DNA of 44,440 nt from an uncultured Spartobacteria bacterium (GCA_903933015.1 CAIZIQ010000319.1:1-44440), one strand, 5' to 3'. Counted from the stretch's first letter, positions 15,701 through 25,375 are shown. Translations and numbers: made by a program. The notes: generated by a model from the sequence alone, not told the origin.

Positions 15701-18169
15701 ATGATTCCACTTTCCACTCTCAAGCCCGGACAGAGCGTGGTCATCACGCGCCTCCCGGCCGATGAGCAACTGGCCATGCGGCTACGGGAATTAGGTCTCC
15801 TACGGGGAACCGCGGTGACCTTTATCCGGAGCGCTCCTTTGGGGGATCCCATGGAGTTCCGCTTGAGAGGGTTCGAGTTGAGCATCCGCCGTGCGGATGC
15901 CGCGCAGGTTCTCACCGAGCCGGCTCTTGCAGCGACCGGGGAGGCCGCCATGTCGCCCATTGTTCCTCCGGCCCATGTGATTCCGGCAGCAGCAGCCAAG
16001 ACCCGCATCGCGGTTTCCCATCATCACGGTCAGGCAGAGGAGAGGCCCTCGCCCGGAGTGCAACCCAAGGCCTACTCCGTGGTCGGCAATCCCAACTGCG
16101 GGAAGACCACGCTTTTCAACGCACTGACAGGCCTCCGCCAGAAAGTGGCAAACTATCCCGGGGTCACCGTGGAGAAAAAATCCGGGCAGTTCATCGGGCA
16201 ACACGGTGAGAAGATCGAGCTTCTCGACCTGCCGGGAAGTTACAGCCTCGGTGCTCATGCGCCCGACGAGCAGATCACCCGTGATGTACTCATGGATCTC
16301 CGCCAAGACACGCCTTGCCCGGGCCGCATCCTCTGCGTGGTCGACGCGTCGCATCTCGAACGCAACCTCTACTTTATCTCCCAGGTTCTTGAGCTGGGTC
16401 TCCCCACAATCATTGCACTGAACATGATCGACGTGGCCAATGCGCAGGGCGCCCCGGTCGATGCCGAGCGTCTCTCGGCAAAGCTCGGCATCCCCGTCAT
16501 TCCGGTGCAGGCAACCAGAAAGGAGACCCTGCTGCCGCTGCGTCTGGCGCTCAGCCGTGCGGAGCTCCCGTGCGGAAGCTGGGTGCCCGAGATGCCCTCT
16601 TTCTGGACAAAGACAACCGATCATGTCGCGGCGCATTGGCCCGGAAGTTCCCTGTCCGATCATCAGAAGCCCCGCGATCCGGTAACCCGCACCAAGGCCT
16701 CGCTCTTGCTGGCTGCTCCGGATGCAGAAAGTGGCGCCTTGGCGGCGGAGCTTGGGGCGGGCCATGCCCACGGCCAGGCGCTGAGCCAGCGGGCACTGCT
16801 CGATCGCGAGATTCCCGAGTGGCGCGAGACGATCGTGGCGGCACGCTACCAAGCCATCGGAGAACTCTGTCAGGCAGCGCAGGGAGGGATCACGGCCGCA
16901 AGCGACAAGCTCACACAGCGACTCGACGATCTCCTCACCCATCGCTTCTGGGGTTGGCTCTTCTTCCTGGGAATGATGACACTGATGTTCGTCTCCATTT
17001 TCACCATCGCCCAGTACCCCATGGACTGGATCGACAGCAGCTTTGAGGCTTTAGGAGACTGGATTCAGCGAATCATGCCTGCAGGTGATCTGAGGGATCT
17101 GCTCAGTGATGGGGTGATCGCGGGTGTGGGAGGCGTCGTGGTTTTTCTGCCGCAGATCCTGATACTTTTCTTCTTCATCGGTCTTCTGGAGGACACCGGT
17201 TACATGGCCCGTGCTGCCTTCCTCATGGACAGGGTGATGAGCAAGGTCGGCCTCCACGGAAAGTCCTTCATCCCTCTCTTGAGCTCCTATGCCTGCGCGA
17301 TTCCGGGCATCATGTCGACCCGAACCATCGAGAATCCCAAGGACCGTCTCGTCACCATCCTAGTGGCACCCCTGATGAGCTGCTCCGCGCGTCTTCCTGT
17401 CTACGCGCTGATGATTGCGGCCCTCCTCCCGGCTGACACTGTGTGGGTGAAGGGGGCGCTGATGATGGCTCTCTATCTGCTCGGGACGATCGGAGCCCTT
17501 TTCTTCGCGTGGCTTTTCAAGAAGACGATCCTTAAGGGCGAGACCCCACTTTTTCTGATGGAATTGCCCTCCTATCGGCTTCCGTCGCTCCACCAGATCA
17601 TCTCGCAGATGCTCCAGCGAGCGGGGATCTTTCTGAAGCGGGCCGGCACCGTCATCCTCGGCATTTCCATCATTCTCTGGTTCCTTGCCAGCTTTCCGAA
17701 GGTCTCGGTGCCGGAGGGAGCACCCGAGCCGACGAAAGCAGAGCAACTCCAGCACAGCTTTGCCGGCCACATCGGCCATGCGCTCGAACCGGCAATCGCA
17801 CCGCTTGGCATGGATTGGAAGATCGGCATCGGCCTCGTGGCGGCACAGGCGGCCCGCGAGGTTTTCTGCGGCACGATGGCCATCGTTTACAATGTAGAGC
17901 GTAAGAAGGGAGATGCCCCCGACAGCCTCGCCCAGACACTTCGCAAGCAGCAGCATCCCGGCGGAGGTGCCGTTTTCACCCCGCTCACCTGCCTCTCCAT
18001 ACTTGTCTTCTTTGTCTTCTCCATGCAGTGCGTCAGCACGCTGGCCGTCGTGAGGAGAGAGACCAATAGTTTCCGCTGGCCCCTCTTTCAGTTCTTCTAC
18101 ATGACCGGAACCGCCTATGTGCTGGCCCTCCTGGTCTATCAGGGCGGCCGACTGATGGGCTTTCATTAG
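15701..18169 (+). CDS. feoAB: Ferrous iron transporter, FeoA-FeoB fusion
   Basis: Residues 1-75 are FeoA-like (LKPGQSVVITRL...LGLLRGTAVTFIRSAPLGDPMEF). These are followed by the FeoB G-domain (VVGNPNCGKTTLFNALTG, DLPGSYSL) and a polytopic membrane domain. Confidence 0.9.
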   Translation: MIPLSTLKPGQSVVITRLPADEQLAMRLRELGLLRGTAVTFIRSAPLGDPMEFRLRGFELSIRRADAAQVLTEPALAATGEAAMSPIVPPAHVIPAAAAKTRIAVSHHHGQAEERPSPGVQPKAYSVVGNPNCGKTTLFNALTGLRQKVANYPGVTVEKKSGQFIGQHGEKIELLDLPGSYSLGAHAPDEQITRDVLMDLRQDTPCPGRILCVVDASHLERNLYFISQVLELGLPTIIALNMIDVANAQGAPVDAERLSAKLGIPVIPVQATRKETLLPLRLALSRAELPCGSWVPEMPSFWTKTTDHVAAHWPGSSLSDHQKPRDPVTRTKASLLLAAPDAESGALAAELGAGHAHGQALSQRALLDREIPEWRETIVAARYQAIGELCQAAQGGITAASDKLTQRLDDLLTHRFWGWLFFLGMMTLMFVSIFTIAQYPMDWIDSSFEALGDWIQRIMPAGDLRDLLSDGVIAGVGGVVVFLPQILILFFFIGLLEDTGYMARAAFLMDRVMSKVGLHGKSFIPLLSSYACAIPGIMSTRTIENPKDRLVTILVAPLMSCSARLPVYALMIAALLPADTVWVKGALMMALYLLGTIGALFFAWLFKKTILKGETPLFLMELPSYRLPSLHQIISQMLQRAGIFLKRAGTVILGISIILWFLASFPKVSVPEGAPEPTKAEQLQHSFAGHIGHALEPAIAPLGMDWKIGIGLVAAQAAREVFCGTMAIVYNVERKKGDAPDSLAQTLRKQQHPGGGAVFTPLTCLSILVFFVFSMQCVSTLAVVRRETNSFRWPLFQFFYMTGTAYVLALLVYQGGRLMGFH

Positions 18170-18272
18170 GGAGGCATGCTCCTCTGGGGGCTGGTATGAG
18201 GGGCGAAGGGTTCGACATGGGAAAAGCGGCTTTACCTGGGAGGCAGCAATGGAGAACATCTAGGGCTGCTTT

Positions 18273-19565
18273 ATGAAGACCATCGGCATCGGATTGGCCG
18301 GCTTCGGCACCGTGGGTGCCGGGGTCTATGAGAATCTGGAACGTCACCGCGATCTGATCGCGGAGCGCTCCGGATACACCTTTGACGTGCGTCGGATCGT
18401 CGTGCGTGATCCGAAGAAAAAGCGCGATGTCTCGGCTCCTGCCGGACTCTTTTCGAGCCGCTGGCAGGACCTGCTCGAGGATCCCGGGATCAAGGTTGTT
18501 GTCGAGCTCATCGGTGGCACGACGGAAGCCTTCGACCTGACGGTTGCCGCGATCAAATCGGGACGCATCGTCGTCACCGGTAACAAGGCCCTGCTCGCCG
18601 AGCGCGGAGCCGAGATCTTTGCCCTGGCCTGCGAGCACAAGGTCCCCGTCTTCTTTGAAGCCGCGGTGGCCGGTGGCATTCCGATCATTCAGTCGTTGCG
18701 CGATGCCTTTGTCGGCAACCGGATCGAGTCGGTTCATGGCATTCTCAACGGCACGAGTAACTATATCCTGACCCGGATGCAGGAGGCTGGTCTCGATTAT
18801 CCCGAGGCACTCGCCGAGGCTGTATCACTCGGTTACGCCGAGGCAGATCCCAGCCTCGACATCAACGGATGGGACGCCGGCCACAAGGCGATCATCCTTG
18901 CCGCCCTCGCCTACGGCTTCTGGGTCGATCCCGCCACAATCCGCGTCGAGGGAATTGACCGTGTCAGCGCGGCGGACATCCATTTTGCGAAGAGTCTTGG
19001 CTACTGCATCAAGCTTCTCGGCTCAATCCGTGAGAAGGATGGCAACGTTGAGGTCGGCGTGGCACCGACGCTCATTCCCCAAGGAAATGTCCTCGCCTCG
19101 GTGAACGGTGTTTTCAATGCCGTCGCGGTACGCGGCGATCTCGTGGGTGACAGTCTCTTCTACGGACGCGGGGCCGGACGCGGACCAACAGCCACGTCTG
19201 TGATCGGTGATCTCGTTGAGGCGGCCCATGTGCTCGACGCTCCCCGCACGAACTACGGATTTGCCTCTCATAGCCTCTATGGCAGCAGCCGAACGGCTTC
19301 CGAAATCATCGGTTCCTACTACCTCCGCCTCTCGGTCGACGACAGGCCGGGTGTTCTGGCCCGCATTGCCGGAGTCCTCGGTGAAGCCGGAATCGGGATT
19401 TCCTCGGTGGTCCAGCCGGAGTCGATCGCCGGAGTCGAGACCCCGCTGGTCCTGATGATCCATGAGGCTCCCTACGGCACGGTGCGCGCCGCCCTAGCGA
19501 AGATCACAGCCCTCGACTGCGTGAAGGGAGAGCCTGTCCTCTTCAACGTGGAGACTCTTGCCTGA
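18273..19565 (+). CDS. hom: Homoserine dehydrogenase
   Basis: NAD-binding GLAGFGTVGAG, catalytic-domain motifs (GILNGTSNYILT, LGYAEADPSLDINGWD) and a C-terminal ACT domain. Confidence 0.9.
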   Translation: MKTIGIGLAGFGTVGAGVYENLERHRDLIAERSGYTFDVRRIVVRDPKKKRDVSAPAGLFSSRWQDLLEDPGIKVVVELIGGTTEAFDLTVAAIKSGRIVVTGNKALLAERGAEIFALACEHKVPVFFEAAVAGGIPIIQSLRDAFVGNRIESVHGILNGTSNYILTRMQEAGLDYPEALAEAVSLGYAEADPSLDINGWDAGHKAIILAALAYGFWVDPATIRVEGIDRVSAADIHFAKSLGYCIKLLGSIREKDGNVEVGVAPTLIPQGNVLASVNGVFNAVAVRGDLVGDSLFYGRGAGRGPTATSVIGDLVEAAHVLDAPRTNYGFASHSLYGSSRTASEIIGSYYLRLSVDDRPGVLARIAGVLGEAGIGISSVVQPESIAGVETPLVLMIHEAPYGTVRAALAKITALDCVKGEPVLFNVETLA

Positions 19566-19577
19566 TTTTCTGATCCG

Positions 19578-20681
19578 ATGAAGAAACCTTTCAACGACTG
19601 CGGCGTGATCGCGCGCTACCGGGAGTTCCTTCCCGTCACCGATGCCACGCCAGTGATCTCGCTGAGCGAGGGCTCCACACCCCTGATTCATTCGCCCAAG
19701 CTGAGTGCCATCACAGGCGGCGAAGTCTATGTGAAGTACGAGGGGCTGAATCCGACCGGCTCGTTCAAGGACCGCGGCATGACCATGGCGATCTCCAAGG
19801 CTGCCGAGGAGGGTGCCCACACTGTCCTCTGCGCCTCCACGGGAAACACCTCCGCCGCCGCCGCCGCCTACGCCGCCCGCGCCGGAATGAAGTGCGCTGT
19901 CCTTCTCCCCGCAGGTCGCATCGCCGGGGGCAAGATGGTCCAGGCCTACATCTACGGGGCAACCGTCATCGCGATCCGGGGGAACTTTGACGATGCCCTA
20001 CGCCTTGTCCGTGAATTGGGCGAGACCGGTGACTTTGCCATTGTCAATTCGATCAATCCCTATCGGATCGAGGGGCAGAAGACAGCCGCATTCGAGATTA
20101 TCGAGGAGCTTGGCAATGCCCCCGACATCCACATTCTTCCCGTCGGCAATGCCGGCAACATCACCGCCTACTGGAAAGGCTACAAGGAGTTCAAGGCACT
20201 CGGTCGCAGCGGGAAGCTGCCGAAGATGCTGGGCGTGCAGGCTGCGGGTGCCGCTCCCCTCTACCATGGTGCGCCAACGGACAATCCCGAGACCGTGGCC
20301 ACAGCCATCCGGATCGGCCGTCCTGCCAGCTGGGACGGGGCCAAGAATGCCGTCTCCGAATCGGGCGGCTGCTTCGAGATAGTCGAGGACTCCGAGATCC
20401 TTGCTGCCCAGAAGTGGTTGGCCTCTAACGAGGGGATTTTCGTTGAGCCAGCCAGTGCCGCCCCCGTGGCAGCCCTCTTCAAATGCTTTAACCGCAGGGG
20501 AAAGACCACGCAGTGCGACTGCTGCCCCTTCCGCCAGATCCAACCCGGATCCAAGGTCGTTCTTACCGTGACCGGTCATGGACTCAAGGATCCCGATACT
20601 GCCAAGCACGCCGTGACAGACCCGATCGAGACCGATGCCACCGCAGCAGCCGTGCGCGAAGCCCTCGCCAAACTCTCCTGA
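19578..20681 (+). CDS. thrC: Threonine synthase
   Basis: PLP-lysine motif [12 protein letters not shown], then [13 protein letters not shown] and TGHGLKDP. It sits between hom and lysC. Confidence 0.9.
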   Translation: MKKPFNDCGVIARYREFLPVTDATPVISLSEGSTPLIHSPKLSAITGGEVYVKYEGLNPTGSFKDRGMTMAISKAAEEGAHTVLCASTGNTSAAAAAYAARAGMKCAVLLPAGRIAGGKMVQAYIYGATVIAIRGNFDDALRLVRELGETGDFAIVNSINPYRIEGQKTAAFEIIEELGNAPDIHILPVGNAGNITAYWKGYKEFKALGRSGKLPKMLGVQAAGAAPLYHGAPTDNPETVATAIRIGRPASWDGAKNAVSESGGCFEIVEDSEILAAQKWLASNEGIFVEPASAAPVAALFKCFNRRGKTTQCDCCPFRQIQPGSKVVLTVTGHGLKDPDTAKHAVTDPIETDATAAAVREALAKLS

Positions 20682-21898
20682 TGAACCTCATCGTCCAGAA
20701 ATACGGCGGCACCTCCGTTGGTAACCCCGAGCGGATCACCAATGTCGCGAAGCGGCTCCTCGAAACCCAGCGCGCGGGATACTCTGTGGTGGCCGTTGTC
20801 TCGGCGATGTCGGGTGTCACCGATTCGCTGATCAAGCTCGCCCGCGAAGTATCCTCGAAGCCGACCGAGCGTGAGATGGATGTCCTGCTTTCCACAGGCG
20901 AGCAGACGACGATGGCTCTCACCGCCATGGCTATTCACGCGATGGGTGGGAAGGCTGTCTCGCTGACGGGTGCGCAGGCAGGCATCGTCACCAATGGCGT
21001 CCATACGAAGGCCAAGATCAGCGACATCACCCCGGATCAGATCAAGAAGCACCTCGACCAGGGGGAGATCGTGATCGTGGCGGGCTTTCAGGGTGAGACC
21101 AGCGAGGGGGACATCACCACCCTCGGTCGCGGTGGCTCCGATCTGACCGCCATCGCGCTCGCCTCGGCAGTGGATGCCGATGCTTGCCAGATCTTCACCG
21201 ATGTCGACGGCGTCTACACGTGCGATCCGCGCATTGTTCCGACGGCACAAAAAATCCAGGAGATCTCCTATGACGAGATGCTGGAGATGGCCAGTAGCGG
21301 CTCCAAGGTGATGCAGTCGCGGTCGGTCGAGTTCGCCAAAAAATTCGGAGTGACCTTTGAGGTCCGCAGTAGCTTCAACAACAACCCAGGAACAACCGTG
21401 AAAGAAGAATCCGCAGGAATGGAACAGGTCGTCGTACGCGGCGTCAGCGTCGAGCGTAACCAGGCCAAGGTCACCGTCGCCCAAGTCCCCGACAAGCCGG
21501 GATGCGCAGCCCGGCTCTTCACCGCCCTAGCCGACGCTCATGTGATGATCGATGTCATCGTCCAGAACGTCTCGGCCAGCGGCACGACAGACATCTCCTT
21601 CACGATGAACCGCGACGAGCTCGAGAAGATCGGGGATCTCCTCGACCGTGTTGCCAAGGAAATCGGTGCCGGCAACGTCAGCAAGCAGGATGGGATCGCC
21701 AAGCTCAGTGTTGTTGGCATCGGCATGCGCACCCACTCGGGTGTGGCAGCCAAGCTCTTTGAAGCCCTGGCCAAGGGTGGGATCAACATCCAGATGATCT
21801 CCACCTCGGAGATCAAGATCGCCGTCATCCTCGACGAGGCGAAGATCGCCGAGGCGGCCAAATTGGCTCACACGGCCTTTGGACTCGACGCCGCATAA
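20681..21898 (+). CDS. lysC: Aspartate kinase
   Basis: [25 protein letters not shown] and two C-terminal ACT domains. The ATG at 20681 shares one nucleotide with the thrC TGA. Confidence 0.9.
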   Translation: MNLIVQKYGGTSVGNPERITNVAKRLLETQRAGYSVVAVVSAMSGVTDSLIKLAREVSSKPTEREMDVLLSTGEQTTMALTAMAIHAMGGKAVSLTGAQAGIVTNGVHTKAKISDITPDQIKKHLDQGEIVIVAGFQGETSEGDITTLGRGGSDLTAIALASAVDADACQIFTDVDGVYTCDPRIVPTAQKIQEISYDEMLEMASSGSKVMQSRSVEFAKKFGVTFEVRSSFNNNPGTTVKEESAGMEQVVVRGVSVERNQAKVTVAQVPDKPGCAARLFTALADAHVMIDVIVQNVSASGTTDISFTMNRDELEKIGDLLDRVAKEIGAGNVSKQDGIAKLSVVGIGMRTHSGVAAKLFEALAKGGINIQMISTSEIKIAVILDEAKIAEAAKLAHTAFGLDAA

Positions 21899-21910
21899 GC
21901 TTCATAACGG

Positions 21911-23659
21911 GTGAACAAACCCGAAGAGCTATCGCCCGTCAGCTTCGCCTTGGTTGGCGATTTCGGCGCTGGGTACTTTTTGGGGACCGAAAGAATACCC
22001 GAGCAGAATCCGAATGCCAGGGGAGTTGCCGAGGGAATCAGGAAATTCGTTCCGATTGCAAGCGATGCCTACATCGTCTCGCTAGGTGACCAGATCTATG
22101 AACCCTATGACGGGTTGCCTAGTACGGAGTATCCCTTCACTGCGGAGACCTGTCCGGTCTCAGGCATGGAGGCGTATGATCAGACCATTGGGGAACTATA
22201 CGCCCCCTACATCCTTTTTCCTCAAGGAAGCCGCAGTGCCTATGCCGGACGGGGATCCAGGAAACAGCGGTTTTTGGCCATTCTGGGGGATCATGACTGG
22301 TGGCATCAGCCCAGAACTAAAGTTTACAACCTGCTTGCCTACCCTCTCAATACAGCCGCCTATCCGGCGCAGGTCGCGCCTGACCAACCGCTCTACCACC
22401 TGAATGACTCCGAGGGGCGACCCGTTGGGTTTATGGAGTATTTCTCCAACCAAGGCGAAGGGAGTTCCTCGGGAAACTGCCGTTACTGGGATCAGGTCCG
22501 GGGCAACATTCACTGGTTCGCGTTGAGCAGCGATTCCAATGAAGTGCTCTTGGGCACGCTTACCAATGGCTATTACTCGAGCCCGTTACCCGGAGGATTA
22601 CTGCCTGACGGAATGACTCCCGGCGAACAAAATCAACGGTGTTCCCTTCAGGGAAAATGGTTCAGTAATGTCCTCGAGAAATCCTCTTCTCCTTGGAAGT
22701 TTGTCATCACGCATCACGCTCCCTTCACTTCGAGCAGCAAAGCGAACCATTTGGGCGGCCATCCCTGCTCCACCTACATGCAGTGGGATTACGCATCGTT
22801 GGGAATCGATATGGTGTTTTCAGGCCATGTCCACAACTATGAGCGTCTGTATAAGGATGGAGTTCTTTATGTCGTGAACGGTGCGGGGGGAACCTTTAAG
22901 CAGCTTGCCGGATACGTTGACCCTCCGCTTGCGATCAGCAGGAAAAGAATCACCCAAGCTTACGGATTCATGACTTGTGTGGAAGGGGCGGGCACAATGG
23001 CATTCGCCTACCACGCCCTCACTCCGCAAACAGAGCTTCCCTACAGACCTCAGGAACCTTCCGTGGAAGACTCCTTCATCCTTCTCAATAAGGGGATGCT
23101 GAATTCTCGCGAGGAAATGGAATCACCGGACAGCATCATCATCACCCAGGGTGGTGGCGTGCTGGATCTGAACGGTTTCGATGTGGCCTTGTCCGCACAA
23201 CTCCAGGGCCGCGGGGAACTCACAAAAAAAGGCTCAGGAGCATTGTGTCTCGGGATGAAGCATCCCGATTTTGAAGGCACCCTGGAAATCCAGGAGGGTT
23301 CCCTGGAGCTGGCAGCGAATCAGGTATTTTCTGAAACAGTCCATCTGATGGGGAGTGGTGGAGAATTGTTTGTGAGCGGGATTTGCCAGCGGTTTGACAC
23401 CTTTCTCCTGATCAAGGGAGCCTTTGCCATGCGTCTGATGAACGGTGGAAGAATTGAGTTTGCAGACAGCTCAGAGTCCGCTTGGGGAGCAGAAGCCTAT
23501 CTTCGGATCATCGGTAACATGGCACCGGGTAGCATCCGGTTTGGAAACAACTCCTCCGGACTCACGCCCCGACAGCTCAGCTGCATCAGAATGGAAGAGG
23601 ATCCCGAACAGCGATTCACCTTGGATGAGCAGGGATTCGTGATTCCTGCCACAATCTAG
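21911..23659 (+). CDS. Calcineurin-like metallophosphoesterase (purple-acid-phosphatase-like) with C-terminal autotransporter-associated beta-strand repeats
   Basis: Metallophosphoesterase motifs GDFG, GDQIY, GDHDW, HHAP and GHVHNYER. The C-terminal GELTKKGSGALCLGMKHPDFEGTLEIQEGSLEL pattern is typical of the beta-strand repeat. GTG start; no obvious signal peptide. Confidence 0.7.
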   Translation: MNKPEELSPVSFALVGDFGAGYFLGTERIPEQNPNARGVAEGIRKFVPIASDAYIVSLGDQIYEPYDGLPSTEYPFTAETCPVSGMEAYDQTIGELYAPYILFPQGSRSAYAGRGSRKQRFLAILGDHDWWHQPRTKVYNLLAYPLNTAAYPAQVAPDQPLYHLNDSEGRPVGFMEYFSNQGEGSSSGNCRYWDQVRGNIHWFALSSDSNEVLLGTLTNGYYSSPLPGGLLPDGMTPGEQNQRCSLQGKWFSNVLEKSSSPWKFVITHHAPFTSSSKANHLGGHPCSTYMQWDYASLGIDMVFSGHVHNYERLYKDGVLYVVNGAGGTFKQLAGYVDPPLAISRKRITQAYGFMTCVEGAGTMAFAYHALTPQTELPYRPQEPSVEDSFILLNKGMLNSREEMESPDSIIITQGGGVLDLNGFDVALSAQLQGRGELTKKGSGALCLGMKHPDFEGTLEIQEGSLELAANQVFSETVHLMGSGGELFVSGICQRFDTFLLIKGAFAMRLMNGGRIEFADSSESAWGAEAYLRIIGNMAPGSIRFGNNSSGLTPRQLSCIRMEEDPEQRFTLDEQGFVIPATI

Positions 23660-23713
23660 AGCAACAGTCTTCTGAATGCGCAGAAGCCCCCTGTTCCAAA
23701 CCTTTTAGAAAAC

Positions 23714-23746
23714 AAAAAAGCCCCGGAGAAATCCGGGGCTTTTCGT
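23714..23746. terminator. Bidirectional rho-independent terminator between the metallophosphoesterase gene and rplQ
   Basis: AAAAAAG-CCCCGGA-GAAA-TCCGGGG-CTTTTCG: an 8-bp GC stem flanked by an A-run and a T-run. Confidence 0.75.
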
Positions 23747-23766
23747 TGATTGGTCGAACCTCGGGA

Positions 23767-24273
23767 CTATTCTTCGCTCTTCTTTTCTTTTTTGGGAGCA
23801 GTCTTCTTTTTGGGAGCCTCACCCTCGGCTTTCTCGGCCTTGGGGGCGGCAGCTTTCTTGGTCTTGGCAGGCTTTTCAGCAGCCTCGGCAATGACTTCCT
23901 CCTTCTTGATTTCGGGAGCGTAGTCGACCCACTCGAGGTAAGCCATCGGGGCGCTGTCGCTGAGACGGGCTCCGAGCTTCACGATGCGGGTGTAGCCTCC
24001 CTTGCGGTCGGCTGCTGCCGGAGCGATCTCGGTGAAGAGCTTCTTCACGATATCCTTGTGCTTGAGATAGGAGATCGCGACACGACGCGAGTGGAGATCA
24101 CCCTTCTTGCCCAAGGTGAGCATGCGCTCGGCGAGGGGCTTGGTGGCCTTGGCCTTGGCGAGGGTGGTCTTGATGCGGCGGTGCTCGATCAGGCTGCAGA
24201 CCTGGTTCGAGAGGAGCGAATCACGGTGTGCCTGGCTACGGCCGAGTTTGACGGTTTTTTTACGGTGACGCAT
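23767..24273 (-). CDS. rplQ: 50S ribosomal protein L17 with a Lys/Ala-rich C-terminal extension
   Basis: MRHRKKTVKLGRSQAHRDSLLSNQ...GGYTRIVKLG is canonical L17. An extra tail of about 50 aa follows (EKPAKTKKAAAPKAEKAEGEAPKKKTAPKKEKKSEE). Confidence 0.9.
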   Translation of the reverse strand: MRHRKKTVKLGRSQAHRDSLLSNQVCSLIEHRRIKTTLAKAKATKPLAERMLTLGKKGDLHSRRVAISYLKHKDIVKKLFTEIAPAAADRKGGYTRIVKLGARLSDSAPMAYLEWVDYAPEIKKEEVIAEAAEKPAKTKKAAAPKAEKAEGEAPKKKTAPKKEKKSEE

Positions 24274-24298
24274 GGCGTTTCAGTCTTTCTAGGGTCCC

Positions 24299-25306
24299 TT
24301 ATTCGGCGACGGGTGCCACGTTCTCGACGAGACCGGGCTCGAACTTCATGCCGAGGCCGAGGCCCAGCTGGACGAGCTTGTCCTTGATTTCGTTGAGCGA
24401 CTTCTTGCCGAAGTTGCGGTACTTGAGCATCTCGGCCTCGCTCTTGAGCGCGAGTTGTCCGACGGAAGTGATGTTGGCGTTGTTGAGGCAGTTCGCGGCG
24501 CGAACGGAGAGTTCGATCTCGTTCACGCTCATGGCGAGCAGCTTCTTGAGACGGCTGTTCTCCTGGCTGACCTCGACCGGGGTCTCGTCAAATTCAATCT
24601 GGTTGTCATCGAAGTTGACGAAGACATCGAGGTGATGGCGGAGGATTGCCGCGGACTGGAGCAGGGCTTCATCCGGGGTGAGGCGACCATCGGTCCAGAT
24701 GTCGAGAATAAGCTTGTCGTAGTCGGTGCGCTGTCCGACACGGGTCTGCTCAACGGCATACTTGACCTTCGTGACGGGCGAGAAGATGGAATCGATGGCA
24801 ATCACGCCGATCGGCTTGTCAGCGGCCTTGTTCTCGTCACCGGTTGCGAATCCACGGCCGACCTTGACCTCGAACTCGGCGTCGAACTTCATCTTCTTGT
24901 CCAAGGTGCAGATGTGCTGGTCGGGATTGAGGACCTCGCACTGTGCGGTCGACTGAATGTCTGCGGCAGTGACGGCGCCCTGCTTGTTAACCGAGAGGGT
25001 CAGGTTGCGAACCTCGTGGTCGTGGGCCTTGAACTTGACCTTCTTGAGGTTGAGAATGATCTCGACAACATCCTCGACGACGCCGGGCATGCTGGTGAAC
25101 TCGTGGGGAGCCCCCTCGATCCTGACCGAGGTGATGGCTGCTCCCTCGAGCGAGGAGAGAAGGGTGCGGCGGAGCGAGTTGCCGATGGTGTGGCCGTAGC
25201 CGGCCTCAAATGGCTCGGCGACAAACTGCGCGTAGGTTTCAGTGGCGGTTTTCTCGTTCTTGACGAGGGTCTTCGGCATTTCGAAGCGACCGAGGCGGAT
25301 AGGCAT
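24299..25306 (-). CDS. rpoA: DNA-directed RNA polymerase subunit alpha
   Basis: FVAEPFEAGYGHTIGNSLRRTLLSSLEG and the C-terminal domain SVRAANCLNNANITSVGQL...NFGKKSLNEI. ATG 25306 is preferred over 25378. Confidence 0.9.
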   Translation of the reverse strand: MPIRLGRFEMPKTLVKNEKTATETYAQFVAEPFEAGYGHTIGNSLRRTLLSSLEGAAITSVRIEGAPHEFTSMPGVVEDVVEIILNLKKVKFKAHDHEVRNLTLSVNKQGAVTAADIQSTAQCEVLNPDQHICTLDKKMKFDAEFEVKVGRGFATGDENKAADKPIGVIAIDSIFSPVTKVKYAVEQTRVGQRTDYDKLILDIWTDGRLTPDEALLQSAAILRHHLDVFVNFDDNQIEFDETPVEVSQENSRLKKLLAMSVNEIELSVRAANCLNNANITSVGQLALKSEAEMLKYRNFGKKSLNEIKDKLVQLGLGLGMKFEPGLVENVAPVAE

Positions 25307-25350
25307 GGTGTCTGATGGTTCTCGTTGCCGGGTTTCCCTTGGCGCTTTCC

Positions 25351-25375
25351 GGTGATCAGCAAAGTGCTGATCACC
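25351..25375. other. Perfect 11-bp/3-nt-loop palindrome in the rpoA upstream region
   Basis: GGTGATCAGCA-AAG-TGCTGATCACC, flanked by CCTTGG...CCAAGG, 45-70 nt upstream of the rpoA ATG. Confidence 0.5.

Noticed and set aside
15800-18259. Long minus-strand ORFs 15800-16942 and 17360-18259
   Set aside because: They are antisense to the well-supported feoAB gene and have no recognisable motifs.
18170-18272. Leader-peptide attenuator or lysine/threonine-responsive RNA upstream of hom-thrC-lysC
   Set aside because: The small ORFs present (7 and 22 codons) contain no Thr/Ile/Lys runs. No L-box-like conserved blocks and no terminator hairpin were seen.
24455-25315. 286-aa plus-strand ORF
   Set aside because: It is antisense to rpoA. 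The acidic/Gly/Leu-rich translation has no motifs.
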